Part shown: positions 1 to 11,850 of the stretch, one piece after another
Layout: every line of letters begins with the position of its first letter
Numbering within the stretch: the stretch's first letter is position 1
Source: Tubiluchus corallicola
Taxonomy: Eukaryota; Animalia; Priapulida
Direction: 5' to 3'
Assembly: GCA_030141605.1 (NCBI GenBank)
Contig: JAQGDQ010001543.1
Location: forward strand, 1-35,381
DNA: 35,381 nucleotides
Made by a program: the position numbers and the translations under genes
The notes under the pieces: model-generated
The model's database searches: none
Seen by the model: only the letters and a program-made list of their open reading frames with translations
Told to the model about the DNA's origin: nothing

Positions 1-199
1 TTTTTGTCATTGTAGTAGTAGTAGTAGTTGTGACTGTTGTGAGCAATAGTGCAATAGTTCCCGTGAACTATCAAGCTTTTCTTATAATAACTTAGATGAT
101 CGTTTATATATCATGGACAAAACAATGACTAAAACCTGATTTCAAAATGAGCATTAGAAATGGATTTAGACTCATTACCGAATAATTACTGGATCAATT

Positions 200-310
200 T
201 TCATGATGTCAACGTTAAACAGGACCGGTACCAGAGTTCAACCTTGGGGAAGACCGGTAACAAGCATTTCGAATCGGGAAAATGATAACATTTCCGCTTC
301 AACTTGTACA
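200..310 (-). mobile_element. Degenerate non-LTR retrotransposon reverse-transcriptase remnant
   Basis: Minus strand translates EMLVTGLPQG*TLVPVLFNVDIM, matching the LINE RT motif GVPQGSxLGPxLFNxYI with an in-frame stop. Confidence 0.6.
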
Positions 311-729
311 GAATTTTTGGGCAGTCGTAGGTGAAAAGTCATTACTTTGTTTTCTGTGAAGTAAGTCCACATTGTCTGTCTGTCTTTTTGAAATCAAACT
401 TGCTGATTTTATTTATCTTTACTGAAGAGATTTTTATAGATAAGCAGGCACACGTGTACAATGAAGCTATTTAGGGCCATTTACTAAGCATCCACTGCCC
501 CTCCCCCCTTCGTTGATGGTTTTATCTCACCATCCAAACCCTTTAGTAGTAAAATTTTTGCCAGGAATGAAAGCGCCCACTGTCTGCATTCAATCGTTCT
601 AAGAATGAAGCCTCTGTTTCGTAAGCAATTTGCGTGTTGTTTTACGTTTGTTGTTGTTTACTTGTGTCTGGTTGCGTTCCCAGTTACCACTTTTATTAAT
701 GGATGCAAAGCAGCTGAGAGGTTCGGGTT

Positions 730-1375
730 TCTGTGTTAAACTTGTTAATTCGACGACTATAAGTCAGTGGTAGACCAACAAGAACTCACCGCCTATTCTT
801 GTAAGTTAATCATGCGACAGGATTGGTCTAGAAAGAAACGTCTATCCTGTCTGCAGAGAAACCCGTTGTTGTTGTTAACGATTTTGCTGTCACATTCAAG
901 AAACGTTAAAAATTTGATAAACAACCCACTATATAACACATTATATACAATACACTATATAACACATTACATATAACACACTATATAACACATTATATAT
1001 AACACACTATATAACACACTATATAACACATTATATATAACACACTATATAACACATTATATATAACACACTATATAACACATTATATATAACACACAAT
1101 ATAACACATTATATATAACACACTATATAACACATCATATATAACACATTATATATAACATATTATTTAACACATTATAACACATTTTATTTATGAAATT
1201 TTTAACGCTTCTTGAAAGTGGCAGCAAAATCATTGGGAATAAATCGTGTTTCTCTAAAGATATGATTGGTGTTTCTTTGTAGGATCTGTCCTGTCACATG
1301 ACCGAGTTACCACAATGGGCGTTCAGCTCTTGCTAATTTTCAAATCGTTCATTTGTCAAGTGGGCACAAATGCGT
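730..1375. repeat. Foldback/MITE-like inverted repeat enclosing a minisatellite
   Basis: 778-921 (…GATTTTGCTGTCACATTCAAGAAACGTTAAAAATTTGATAAA) is the diverged reverse complement of 1191-1333; weaker similarity extends to about 730 and 1375. Confidence 0.75.
922..1190. repeat. AT-rich minisatellite (TATAACACAC/TATATAACACAT, 11-13 bp units)
   Basis: Directly visible tandem units. Confidence 0.95.
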
Positions 1376-2191
1376 TGTCTTGTACACTTAAACTTTGACC
1401 TTTTCACGATCATCATCAATCGCTGGAGCTGTGAAAAGGCTTATTTACGCCGTGCTGCAGAAACTAATAACTCGCCTTCTAGTCCACAAGTTAGTAACAG
1501 ATTTATTAAACCTACATCGTCTTGTGGATCAAACTGATATGCATTTCCATGAAGAAGCTGATTAGGTAAATCAGATTATCAACGTAAATTAGATGCTGAT
1601 ATTGATGCTACTAATATTGACCCGTGTACAGGAAGACAGGTTCCTGTACTTCCTCTAAACGTTGACTTAATCAATTTACCTGTTTTCATCCCAGCGACTT
1701 CATTATGGCCCTGAATTGCTTAACCCCGTGAGAGAATTGTTTAACCTATTTCATTTATGGGTATCATATCACCTGGTGTTTAATTGGGGAATTAATGATG
1801 AGGCATCCACCCGGAAACAAGTTAGAAGCAGTCAGAAGAATGTGACAATGCAATATGCCTACTTATATTTTAGTGTCTATCTAGAAGGTGTTAATACTAG
1901 ACAGTAATTCACAGGAAATCAACTCGCAATAACTCAGGGATACTTTGCAATAACGTGCGGACAGTAATTCACAAAGCAGTTCACACTGGAGAATTTGTTG
2001 TCAGAGAGAAAACTCGCTAGTTATAACGTGCCTTTATAATTTATTATTAAGAGAAATGTTTCCGTTTATCTCTCTCTCTCTCTCTGTTTGTTTGAAAGAA
2101 GTTAAGAACATGCCAAAACAAAAACGTTGTAGACGGAAATGCCTCGTAACTATAGCAACAGTCAAATAGAAAGTGTAACTAGAAGAAACAG

Positions 2192-2312
2192 TGCACTGCT
2201 TTTCTTCAGTCGACGAATGACGTCATTGGTGGAAGAATGACGCCATTTGTGGAAGAATGGGCGTTGCACTGCTTTTCTCCAGTCGATGAATGACGTCATT
2301 GGTGGAAGAATG
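2192..2312. repeat. Short direct duplication (~73 bp period), each copy carrying a TGACGTCA palindrome
   Basis: TGCACTGCTTTTCTYCAGTCGAYGAATGACGTCATTGGTGGAAGAATG at about 2192 and 2265. Confidence 0.85.
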
Positions 2313-3049
2313 GTCATTCAAAATAATCGCAACTTTAAAGTGATTTTACCAGTTACACGAGGCACTTAACACACTTTTATTACTAATTCCTTCCGAGATT
2401 TTTGCGAACATTGAAATAGCTTGACTTTTCCTTTAACTTTCGTTCTGATGTCGAATTTCAATTAGAACTGAAAGGCCACGCGCTTGATCTCCTCTCTTGC
2501 CTTTCTGGCAAGCCGAGCAGTTGAATTAAGAAGGTTTTTCATTTATTTGCAGACTTGTAGATATTGCAAACCCTCGGGGAGTTGTAAAATTCTGCAGTAA
2601 ACTTTGCTGTTTCTGCATTTGCGTCAGTCGAGAGAATTGAGTAAAAGAACCGGTTGAATTGTCTGTTCGAAAAGTGTTTTTGTTGCAAGATGAAGTGTCG
2701 TTTGTTTTGCTTTATTGCGGGTGAAAAACCGCTCGCTGTGCTTTTTCTGCACCGATGACGTAAAAGATAAAGGTGTGTTCACACAATAGTGAATCCCAAC
2801 GAAAGATTGTAGCCATTTGTTAGTGGCTGTCGTACCACGTTCGCTATAAGTGAATGAGCATTGGTCTTAAGTGGTAATTAGACTTAATAAAGCCTGTAGT
2901 TTATTTCAGTTATTTACTAGATAAATAAGTAAACATGCAAACAAACAAACATTGCATGAGTGATGATAAAAATGCATAAACTAATAAATAAATAATAGAA
3001 AATTAATATGCTGCAAATATCATTGATGAACACTTACGCAAGTGAACTG

Positions 3050-3545
3050 GCTAACGAACGAACGAACGAGCAATCGAGTGAATGAGCGAAATACAAATGA
3101 ACGAACGAATCAACCAACTAACCGACCGACCATTCAATCATCCTTTCAACTAACCATCCAACTGAGTAAATGACTAGCTTAACTAACTAGCTTGCTGCCT
3201 GCCAAACATATAACCAACCAGCCAGCCGACCAATTTATCAACAATTTAACCAGTAAACCAACCAAGTAAGTAAATAACTAGCTTAGCTAGCTATATCTAC
3301 CTGCCAAACATATGAACCAACCCAGCAGCCGACCAATTTATCAACCATCTAACCAACCAACCAACCAACTGAACCTAACTACCCAAATATTTAACTTAAA
3401 TAACTGGCTAACTGCCTGCCTATATAGCTGTTTATCTACCTACCAAATTTGTCAGTCAGCTTATAATCCAACTTAACAGCTGACCAACCAACCAGTTAGC
3501 CAACCAATCGACAAATAATACAATTAAATAAACAAATCAGTAAAC
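3050..3545. repeat. Degenerate (AACS/AACY)n tetranucleotide low-complexity tract
   Basis: Runs of AACG, AACC and AACT, with an internal ~110 bp duplication (CCTGCCAAACATAT…GCCGACCAATTTATCAAC). Confidence 0.8.
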
Positions 3546-4299
3546 AGAAAAAACACCAACGAAGCCAAAGACCTGTTGTTCAGCGCACAAAGAAGCACAG
3601 TAACCTGTAAAATAGAGGTAAAAATGTGTTGAAAATTGGAAGTTGGAACTTCTGATCACGTATTTCAGTTGTCTTTAAACATGCTTGCAACTTCATGTGG
3701 GAAAGTGAAGTACTGACACTGATTTACCGTCACCATATATAATGTTTCGTTGATCCTAATGTGGGAATTTTCCCCTACTGGAAAGATTTTATTCAAAGAT
3801 GCAAAACCATGAAGCTTGTTCCTCTTAGCATTAATCATTCAGTTTGCAGCAGCACTTTCAACAAATTACTAATTTATTTCCCACAATCCTTTTCAAGCTG
3901 ACGTATGACGTCGTATCCGTCCCATGTATCCAAGACTTGAGATCTTTTTACTGCTTTGCCATGTATGTATTTTATGTATGCTAACTTAAGTTTGAATGAT
4001 TTCTTAAATAAGTTGGTAAATAGGTAGATAAATTATTCATTTAATATAATAAATAAATAAATATATAAGTAAAACAAACTAAGAAAACGGGCAAACAAAC
4101 TAACAAGCAAACAAATTGCTCTCGTTCACAATCCGCTGCACCGGCGATGTGATTTGTCCTTTTATCCAGTCGGGAAAAATTCAAGCTGAAATTTCCGAAG
4201 TTTAACGAAGCAAAATTCTGCACAATTTTCAATCTAATTCTCGACATTTTCTGCTCTAGATTAGGCAGTAACGCTAGTTTATTGATATAGATTTGCTTA

Positions 4300-4942
4300 A
4301 ATTTGCAGTTTAAATCACAAGCAAACGCTCCACTTACATAAAGCTTAAAAAATTCGTCTTGAAATTTCATACCACTTGCGTACAGCCTTTTTGCGTGCAC
4401 GGTTTGCGTCGGCCGTAACGCTGTACAAAACGTGTAAATTTAGAACTCCCGTGGTGACAGGTGGGCACAGCCATTTTGATGGTAGGCCGGTTGAAACAAG
4501 TTTTGCTAACATTAAGTAAAATTTGGAAAAATAGTGAGAGCATCGTAGCGTACTCGTTGCTAACTAAGTAAAATTTTAAATTATAGTATCTTGTCAATAA
4601 GATTAAAAATACGTTTTTGGTTAGTGAGTGGTGCACCCTGGAGGGTGAGTCAGTAACATTTTACCAATTGGTACAAACATTTTAAATTATTATTTCTAGT
4701 TACGTAAGTCTTTCCAGCAGGTAAGCGAAATGTTAAGTAATGTACATTTGCATGGGGCTTTTGGGGACATAGTTTAACATTTCCATACGGTCGGAACAGT
4801 ATTGCGGGAGATCTGAAATAAAAACAAACAAAAAATCCTTTCAACTCGAGCACCATATACGCATAAAATTGCTATAAAGTAACATCATTTTTAAGGCGAT
4901 TTTTCTGAAACCTACTTCAAGTTTCCCTTTCTTGTCCTTTAA
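4300..4942. mobile_element. Dispersed family A, non-autonomous DNA transposon (Kolobok/T2-MITE-like), copy 1
   Basis: Homologous to 6330-6720 (same orientation) and to 10500-10680 and 10927-11391 (reverse complement). Ends CTTGTCCT-TTAA (TTAA at 4939-4942). Left boundary is uncertain. Confidence 0.7.
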
Positions 4943-6329
4943 GTTAATAATCTCAAATCTCGTTTTTCGATTTGCAGGTAGCAGGTGTATTCCTTTCATT
5001 TGCAGATCCTTAATTCAATTTGCTGCACTTCTTATTTCCCTCGGGCCCCTTACGTGGGGTATTCTTTAAAAGAAAATTGTTTTTGGTGAAAGCTACAATA
5101 TCAGCTGCCTCAAGAAAAGCACCATCAACAAGCGCCCTCTGTCGTTAAACAAATGAACTTGAGCGAATGGTACTGCTCTGGTTCGTTTCTACTGCAGGTT
5201 AACACGGTTTTTGGCAGAATAAATAATTATAAATGACCCCTGTTTCTGGTTTCACATGCTAGGTGAGGAAACTATGAGGCGTCCATCTAAATTTTTGGCT
5301 GTAATGGGGTACAAGTCTAATTCTTGTTTCAATTTAACTGCAGAAAATGGATGTGCTTTCATTGATTTCGGTTGCCCTTAAATCATGTTAACAGTAAAGT
5401 GGCTTCGTTTTTTTTCCTGCCGACATCACTAATAGTGTTACGTGGCTTCTTTTCGATCCATCCTGTACACGACATCCCTAATGTCTCCTATCAGCAAAAA
5501 GACATGAACTATTCCGTTAAATAGCATTTAATTATTTTTTGCTTTTTCATTGTCTACAATTATAGTGATTTTGTAAGCACACTGTCTGGAATGTATGTAT
5601 TTCTTTAGACCATTCCTTTCAATCCAGATGGCTTCCTTAGTGCTTGCGTTAACCCCACCAGACGCTAATACGTTTGCACTGGGGTTTTACAAAAGCTAAT
5701 AACAGGCCAACTTTCAATATCCCGCTGATGCTTCCCACGGACATGACAAGAATTCCTTAGCGTGATCGTTCAGCCTCATGGAATTGAATTTGAGATGGAG
5801 CTGTGTATTCTGCTCGCCTGATTCGATTTCATGCTGCAGCGATTCTGATTCGTGTTGTTTCTGCATTTTCTTTTCATATCAGAGGCCAGGATTATAACCC
5901 AATTTGACGTCTATCGCATCCGCCTTTAGATGCTCATTAGTAGTGTAATTATGGCATATTACATATTATTACTGATGTAGATCAGAACGTCATTGAAAAT
6001 TATGGAATATTGCTTTCCGGTAATTCGTCGCTGGGAAACACGGCATTCCACAAGGCGTCGTGCTTGGGCCATGCTGTTTTCAGTTAACCCAACTCTGTTA
6101 ATCATTTGTTAAAATTATGCAAAACCACTGTGGTAATTCGTCTTTGGGAAAATGCATCCGCCCACGAACTACCATATTAAGTTAATATGACATGCAAAAT
6201 ACTGTTAACCCTGCAAATAGAGGGCGCATATATATATGTATATGCTTATATACTCAAAATAAACAGTTATAATAATGATAACAAATAATGCCATATAAAG
6301 ACTGTGCTGGTCTCAGTAAACTAACCCTG

Positions 6330-6720
6330 TTAAAACACAAGAAAACCGTTACTTACACGGAGTTAAAAAGTTGTCTTAAAGTTTTATATCACCTACGTGC
6401 TGACTTATTGTGTACAGGGCTTGAATTAGCAGCAGCAGCAATAGTAAAACAACTTGTAAATTTAAACTCAAGTGATGACCGTTAGATGCTGCCATTTTCG
6501 TTTGACAGTAGGTCGCTTTCAGATACCATCGTGTAAAATTTAAAAAAATAATCAGAGCATTCGCTAATTAAGCAAAAGCATAAATTACTGTATCTTGTCA
6601 GTAATATCAAAAACTGGTTTGTAGTGAGTCGGTGGTGCACACTGGGAAGGCGAGTCAAGGACTATTTACCAGTTGGTGCAAACATTTTAAGTTACTAAGA
6701 ATTTTCTTTTCTAGTTTGGC
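6330..6720. mobile_element. Family A internal fragment, copy 2
   Basis: Shares …AAATTACTGTATCTTGTCA…TAGTGAGT…GGTGCAC…GAGTCA…TTTACCAGTTGGTGCAAACATTTTAA with 4578-4686. Confidence 0.7.
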
Positions 6721-6779
6721 ACATTATTGAAACAATCAAGTGCGATTAAGTATGATACTAAGTAATGCAAATGCTTTAC

Positions 6780-7200
6780 TGTTAAATGATGCATGCTTTT
6801 TGTCGATCTGCTTTAAAATTGCATTTTCTTCCCCCCTTCTTTGTAAAATTTTGCAGAAACCCAAGAGATGGGCTGTTGTCTGTTGGCGTGTTGCAATGTG
6901 ACACTTTGTGCCCGTTATGAAAATGCCTGTAAGCCCGAGATATTTTTCATGGTAAGACTTTCCTGTCCAGTAACATTTCAAATTCTCTAAGATTTTGTGT
7001 GAGTCGTGGAGACACAACTAAAAAACTAGACGTTCTGCAAGGTGTCATTCTTAGTCCTTTATTATTTTCGTTCTTACAGCCTTTTTTGCAAAATTTCTCA
7101 AAGCAGTCGAGTAATGAAACTTTTACGTGGAAAATTTGCATTTGCATATTGGGGCGCGTGTCTATGACTGATCCAAGTGCCTTTGATGTGAAACAAAACT
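6780..7200 (+). mobile_element. Possible degenerate non-LTR RT remnant
   Basis: ORF 6999-7202 contains KLDVLQGVILSPLLFSFL, similar to the RT motif GVxQGxxLSPLLFS; flanks are degraded. Confidence 0.45.
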
Positions 7201-7614
7201 GATCTGAAACAAATTAGCTTTCCAAATTTTGCACATCATCTGCTTTGAATGCGCGGCACTTGTTAATCTGTTACCTCTAATGGCATAATCGGCTGCTGAC
7301 GTCTTGCCACTAACTTAATTTCAGCGTGTCTCGTTTGTACAATCGTCAGTGACGGGAAGACTCAGCTTGGGATTTATCCCGCTTATTAACTGCAGTTGTC
7401 ATATTCTGAACATTAAAAGGCCTTTGTAACACTGACAGACGTTGAAGCCTTTTTAACGAATTATTATGATTACACAAAGAATTCATTGTCATTATTAACC
7501 AAAAAGGGATTTATAAATTAAATAACTTACTTTTTTCTGGCGAATTTCGAACGCGTGTATTACTGTAAAGATTAGTAAGTAAAAAGCAAGCAAAAATGGA
7601 AATACATATATATA

Positions 7615-7860
7615 TGAAGGAATAAATGAATGAGTGAAACAAATAAAGAAAGAAAGAATGAAAGAAAGAATAAACGAATGAATGAATAAATGAATAAACG
7701 AATGAATGAATGAATGAATGAGAAAAAGAAAGAAAGAATGAATGAACGGAATGAATAAGGGAAAGAAAGAATGAATGAATGAAATAATGAATGAATGAAT
7801 GAATGAATGAATGCATGCATGAATGAATGAATGAATGAATGAATGAATGAATGAATGAAT
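7615..7860. repeat. (GAAT)n microsatellite
   Basis: Direct; it explains the FIHS-repeat ORFs. Confidence 0.97.
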
Positions 7861-8074
7861 ACGTAATGCGTAATGCGTGATGCGTATAGCGTGATGCGTG
7901 AATCGCAATGCGTGATGCACGATGCGTATCCAACAGTTTGTTTTTTAACACGCGTAAGTGTTTCCACGTGTACGTAATGCGTAATCCGTAATGCGGGAAA
8001 CGTGATACATATTCACTCGAACGTGATGGTTATTACGCATTACGGATCACGCATTACGTGCACGCGGTAAACAC
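7861..8074. repeat. (TGCGTRA)n heptamer tract plus hairpin at 7958-8074
   Basis: GTGTTTCCACGTGTACGTAATGCGTAATCCGTAATGCG (7958-7995) pairs with CGCATTACGGATCACGCATTACGTGCACGCGGTAAACAC (8036-8074). Confidence 0.8.
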
Positions 8075-8337
8075 CAATGGTTTCTTCGTCCTCAGCAAGT
8101 AGAATAAAATGATCTGTTATCATATCTTTCCTAAATTGGAAACGCATGAATTTAATGAAAGTCTTTCTGTTTCGTGATCGTGTTTACAATATGATTACTT
8201 CTGGAATTGCCATTTCACAGTTTTGCAATAAACGCATTTCAAACCAAATTGCAGTAATAAATCTGCGTTAAAAATTTCAAAGGTGCCGTGTACAGAGGTC
8301 ACCCAGGTGAAATGTAAGAAACATGTTCTGTAATGAT

Positions 8338-8879
8338 TTAAAGGAAGACAGGATGATTTTTCATATAGTACCCCATTTTCAAATCCTACAAAAAGTATAC
8401 ATTTTAACACAATTAATACTGCAAAAGCGTTTCCTATAATTAAACAATCGATTAAAAACTTAATTAACAGTGGGCGAGTCCAACTGTTAATGACATCACA
8501 AATTAACATAATTCTCAACGAAATATTCCGCGAGCGTGTTGCACGTGTTTGTGAAAGCGAAAATCGAAATATAGTGCTACTGTAAGGTATTCACTAAAAA
8601 ACGTTTTAAGATAGAAATTCAAATTTCAAATTAACCGCTGTGCTCACGCATAAGTTGTACAACGTGTGCAATTCCTTGCAAACTAACACATCTAAACTGA
8701 GAGGTACAGCACCTGTTTTTGTGCAATGAGTTTTCGAAATGCAGGCAATTCTAACGCGTGTTTGTGTGGTAACAATTCTTTCACGTAAGTCATTCTTTAA
8801 AAAAAATAGTGCTTCCTTTCAAAATTTTAAAGAGTAGATTGTTTTGACTTACAGTTTAAGATTGGGTTTGGTTCTTTAA
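8338..8879 (+). mobile_element. Dispersed family B, TTAA-bounded MITE (Kolobok/T2-like), full-length copy
   Basis: Starts TTAAAGGAAGACAGG and ends GGTTCTTTAA; homologous to four other copies in the window. Confidence 0.8.
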
Positions 8880-9046
8880 GACCTCAAAGTTGTCGGGAAT
8901 TGGAACAAATACCATTCCACCTGTTTACAGTTTAAGACAAAGAAAATATTTTATAGCAGAAGCAAGTGACTACTCCATATGATTGACTGACATTTAAATT
9001 TTCCCTCGGGGTTCTTATCTCTGGAAGCCTCTACCAGAAAAATCAT

Positions 9047-10460
9047 CTTATTATTATTTATTATTTATTTATTAAATATATGCTCAACGATCATTACAGC
9101 ATTGCACATAAAAGTATTTAATAACATATTTATTATTATATACACAAGATGCCAAGCTGCAAATGACTCGTGGGGTACTCAAGAAGTAATTACTTGTTCA
9201 GAGCATCCCAAATGGAATGTGGATTGAGCGAAGTAGAAAAGAGCAGTAAAGGAGTAGAAAAGAGAGGTTAATAGAGAATAGAAGGAAAGAGAAAGATGTG
9301 ATAGTATCTGTATGAAGTAACGTGAACTATAGAAATGTAAAAATTGACGTAGCCTGCAGCGTGATGAATTCCGACAGGGACAGCAGAGTAATTAGTCAAA
9401 TTGATTTATTCTGTATAATTAGAAAACGTTTCACTTTTAAATTTCTTTTGAAGTTATTTATAGATAAAGAATTTTTATGTATTCGTTGATGTTATTCCAA
9501 AGTCTAGGTCCAGTGTTAGCGATGAAGTGCCTTGCCGCGTCAGTCCTGCAATACGTAATACGAAATTCGTTAAATCTTGTTGAGTAATGTCCTACGTTAT
9601 TAGATAATGGGTTTAAAAAGAAAGCGGGGAGAAGTTTATGTTTGGTTTTGTAGATGTAAACAGCGGTATTCGGGTTTATTAGATCATCTAGCACCAGGAT
9701 AGAATAATTCCTAAAAAGATTGAAACCTGCATTTTCATGCTTGTTCAAATTGGCTGTCAATATTATGAACTTACGTTGTAGAGAGTTTAGTTTAACTAGA
9801 GATGAGGGCAGGTGTGCCTCCAAAGTATATTACAGTAGGTTAACTATAGCAATACTAGACAATTATAAAGGGTGATAAGATGTTCTTTAGTAAAACAATG
9901 TTTAACTCGATTGATTGTTTTTAGCAGTTTCAGAATGAATCATATTTAACCCTTTGATACCCGCTGTATCCCGTGTGATACGAGAATATTTTCTGCCTTT
10001 AAAATTAATAAAATAGTTATTTTGATTTAAGCCAATAACAATAGACTAAAAATTGTGATAAAATGGCAAACTAGAAAATCTACATAGCATAAAAAACTGT
10101 GCAAGGTACAGTACTTTAGAGACGACTTTGTACAGATCAGCATAGCATGCATAATAAATGTCTTAAATACTTTAAAAAAGTATCAGCAGTTGCAAAATGA
10201 AGCACATTTTTTGCTTCCATTGAATCCCAATGTATCCCGTGGGATACAGGCTATATTTAGCACGCGGGCACAGGTAGAAAAAATAATTATTATGTGTAAA
10301 CAAGATGGAAATACTGAACAAAAGTACCTAGCCAAAAATTTTTCTTATCAAAAAAATTGGGACTGAAAGGGTTAAGTGTGGTTTCCAATCTAAGTGTTAA
10401 TTTAACATAGCACCTAAGAACTTCTATTCGTTTACTTGTTCTACAGCTTGTAACAGAAGT
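9047..10460 (-). mobile_element. 5'-truncated LINE of the CR1/L2 group (Crack/Daphne-like); degenerate ORF2 C-terminus, 3' UTR and (TAA/AATA)n tail; interrupted by a MITE
   Basis: Minus strand reads VEQVNE*KFLGAMLN*HLDWKPHL|NMIHSETAK…INRVKHCFTKEHLITLYNCLVLL*LTYCNILW…LNSLQRKFI…YIYK…LP…HYSTR…TGPRLWNNI, the typical post-RT region. AATAAATAAATAATAA tail near 9047-9075. Confidence 0.85.
9950..10371. mobile_element. piggyBac-type non-autonomous element (422 bp) with TTAA target-site duplication
   Basis: TTAA(9946-9949)-CCCTTTGATACCC … GGGACTGAAAGGG-TTAA(10372-10375). Internal palindromes TGTATCCCGTGTGATAC (~9965) and TGTATCCCGTGGGATACA (~10231). Removing it restores the LINE reading frame. Confidence 0.9.
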
Positions 10461-10499
10461 AACTGAACGACCACTCCATATCACTGACTGACCTTTCAT

Positions 10500-10680
10500 C
10501 ACGAAACGACTTACCGTCAAAATGGCTGGGGCTAACGGTCATCATGGGAGTTTAAATTTGGAAGTTTTATGCAGCGTTACTGCTAATGCAAGCTCTGTAT
10601 GCAACAAGGCAGCATGTAACTGAAGACGAATTTTTTAATCTTTACTCATGAAGAGTGTTTTCGTGTGCTTTAATAAACCA
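10500..10680. mobile_element. Family A fragment (reverse complement of ~4300-4500)
   Basis: TACCGTCAAAATGGCTG…GGGAGTTTAAATTT…AAGACGAATTTTTTAA is shared. Confidence 0.65.
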
Positions 10681-10926
10681 TTGTAAGAACGCTTTCGTTA
10701 CTTGCAAATCTTTCACCTGTAAATTCCCTGCTTTTATATTTGCAATAAATTCTCCGTGGTATTTTGAAATTAGCAATTAAAATGAGCCAGAAAAAATAGG
10801 AAAATTTTAATAAAGCCACAGTGAACATACCAAGCATACTTGCACCATGGTGCACCACGTGCTTCACAGTTTATTTTTGTGCGATGATCATGCGTGGAAC
10901 ACACTGCGCATGGGGCATCACATGCC

Positions 10927-11391
10927 TTAAAGGACAAGAAAAGGGGTTCTTGAAGTAGGTTTGGGAAAAATCGCCTTTAAAAATATATTACTTTATAGCA
11001 ATTTTATGCGTATATTCATACCCGCGTAGAAATGATTTTTTGTTTGTCTTCATTTTAAATCTCCCGCAATACTTCTACAGAAATAAATCAGGGGAAGAAA
11101 ACGAAATGTTAGCCTATGCCCCCCCCCCCCCGTAAACTTTCCATGCAAAGTTATATTACGTAGCATTTCACTCACCTGCTGGAAAAACTTAATTAGAAAA
11201 GAAAACAATTAATTATTCAAAAAGCTTTCACCAGTTGGCAAAATCTCGCTGACTCACCTCCAAGGTGCACCACTCACTAACCAAAAATGTATTTTTAACC
11301 TTATTGACAAGATACAGTAATTTAACATTTTACTTACTGAGTGGCATGTGCACTACGAATGCTCTGATTATTTTTTCAAACTTTACTTACG
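10927..11391. mobile_element. Family A terminal fragment (reverse complement of ~4510-4942)
   Basis: Starts TTAAAGGACAAGAAA. Spurious ORF MHHSLTKNVFL.LLTRY is found in both copies. Confidence 0.8.
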
Positions 11392-11394
11392 TAT

Positions 11395-11850
11395 ATAGCA
11401 CCATGGTGCATTACATGCTTCATAGTCCACCTTTCTTTGATGGTTAAATAACCAGAGTGTACATTAAACTGTATAGGTTAATATTATACCATAGTGCGTT
11501 TCATACGTCTCTGCCTATTTTTCTATGATGAGTGTATGACTAGCGTGTACATTAAACTGAATATACCATACTGCATCATGGCGCATTACATGTTTCACTG
11601 TTTATTTTCTTCGATGTTGCGTAACCAGAGCATGTACCACGGTGCATCATATGCTTCGCCATCTATTTTTCTTTTCTAGTCACATGACCAGAGTGTGCAT
11701 TAAACTGAATTATGCATTTTGCACCACGGTGCGTCATAGGGTTCAAAGTCTAGTCTGTTTGATGGTTTCGTGAGCTGATCAAACAAGAAACTAAAGAAAT
11801 TATACTGCACCATGGTGCTTCACAGCTTATTCTTTTATGATGGTGCAACG
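11395..11850. repeat. Diverged tandem array (~60-90 bp units) with palindromic core GCACCATGGTGC
   Basis: Recurrent CACCATGGTGCATYACATGCTTCA and GACCAGAGTGTACATTAAACTG; one more unit lies at about 10840-10885. Confidence 0.75.

Noticed and set aside
4950-5960. Minus-strand stretch that looks like a decayed gene (…YEKKMQKQHESESLQHEIESG…AIWIERNGLKKYIH…)
   Set aside because: About 5 internal stops in ~170 codons, no recognisable motif and no clear splice signals; cannot be distinguished from chance without blastx.
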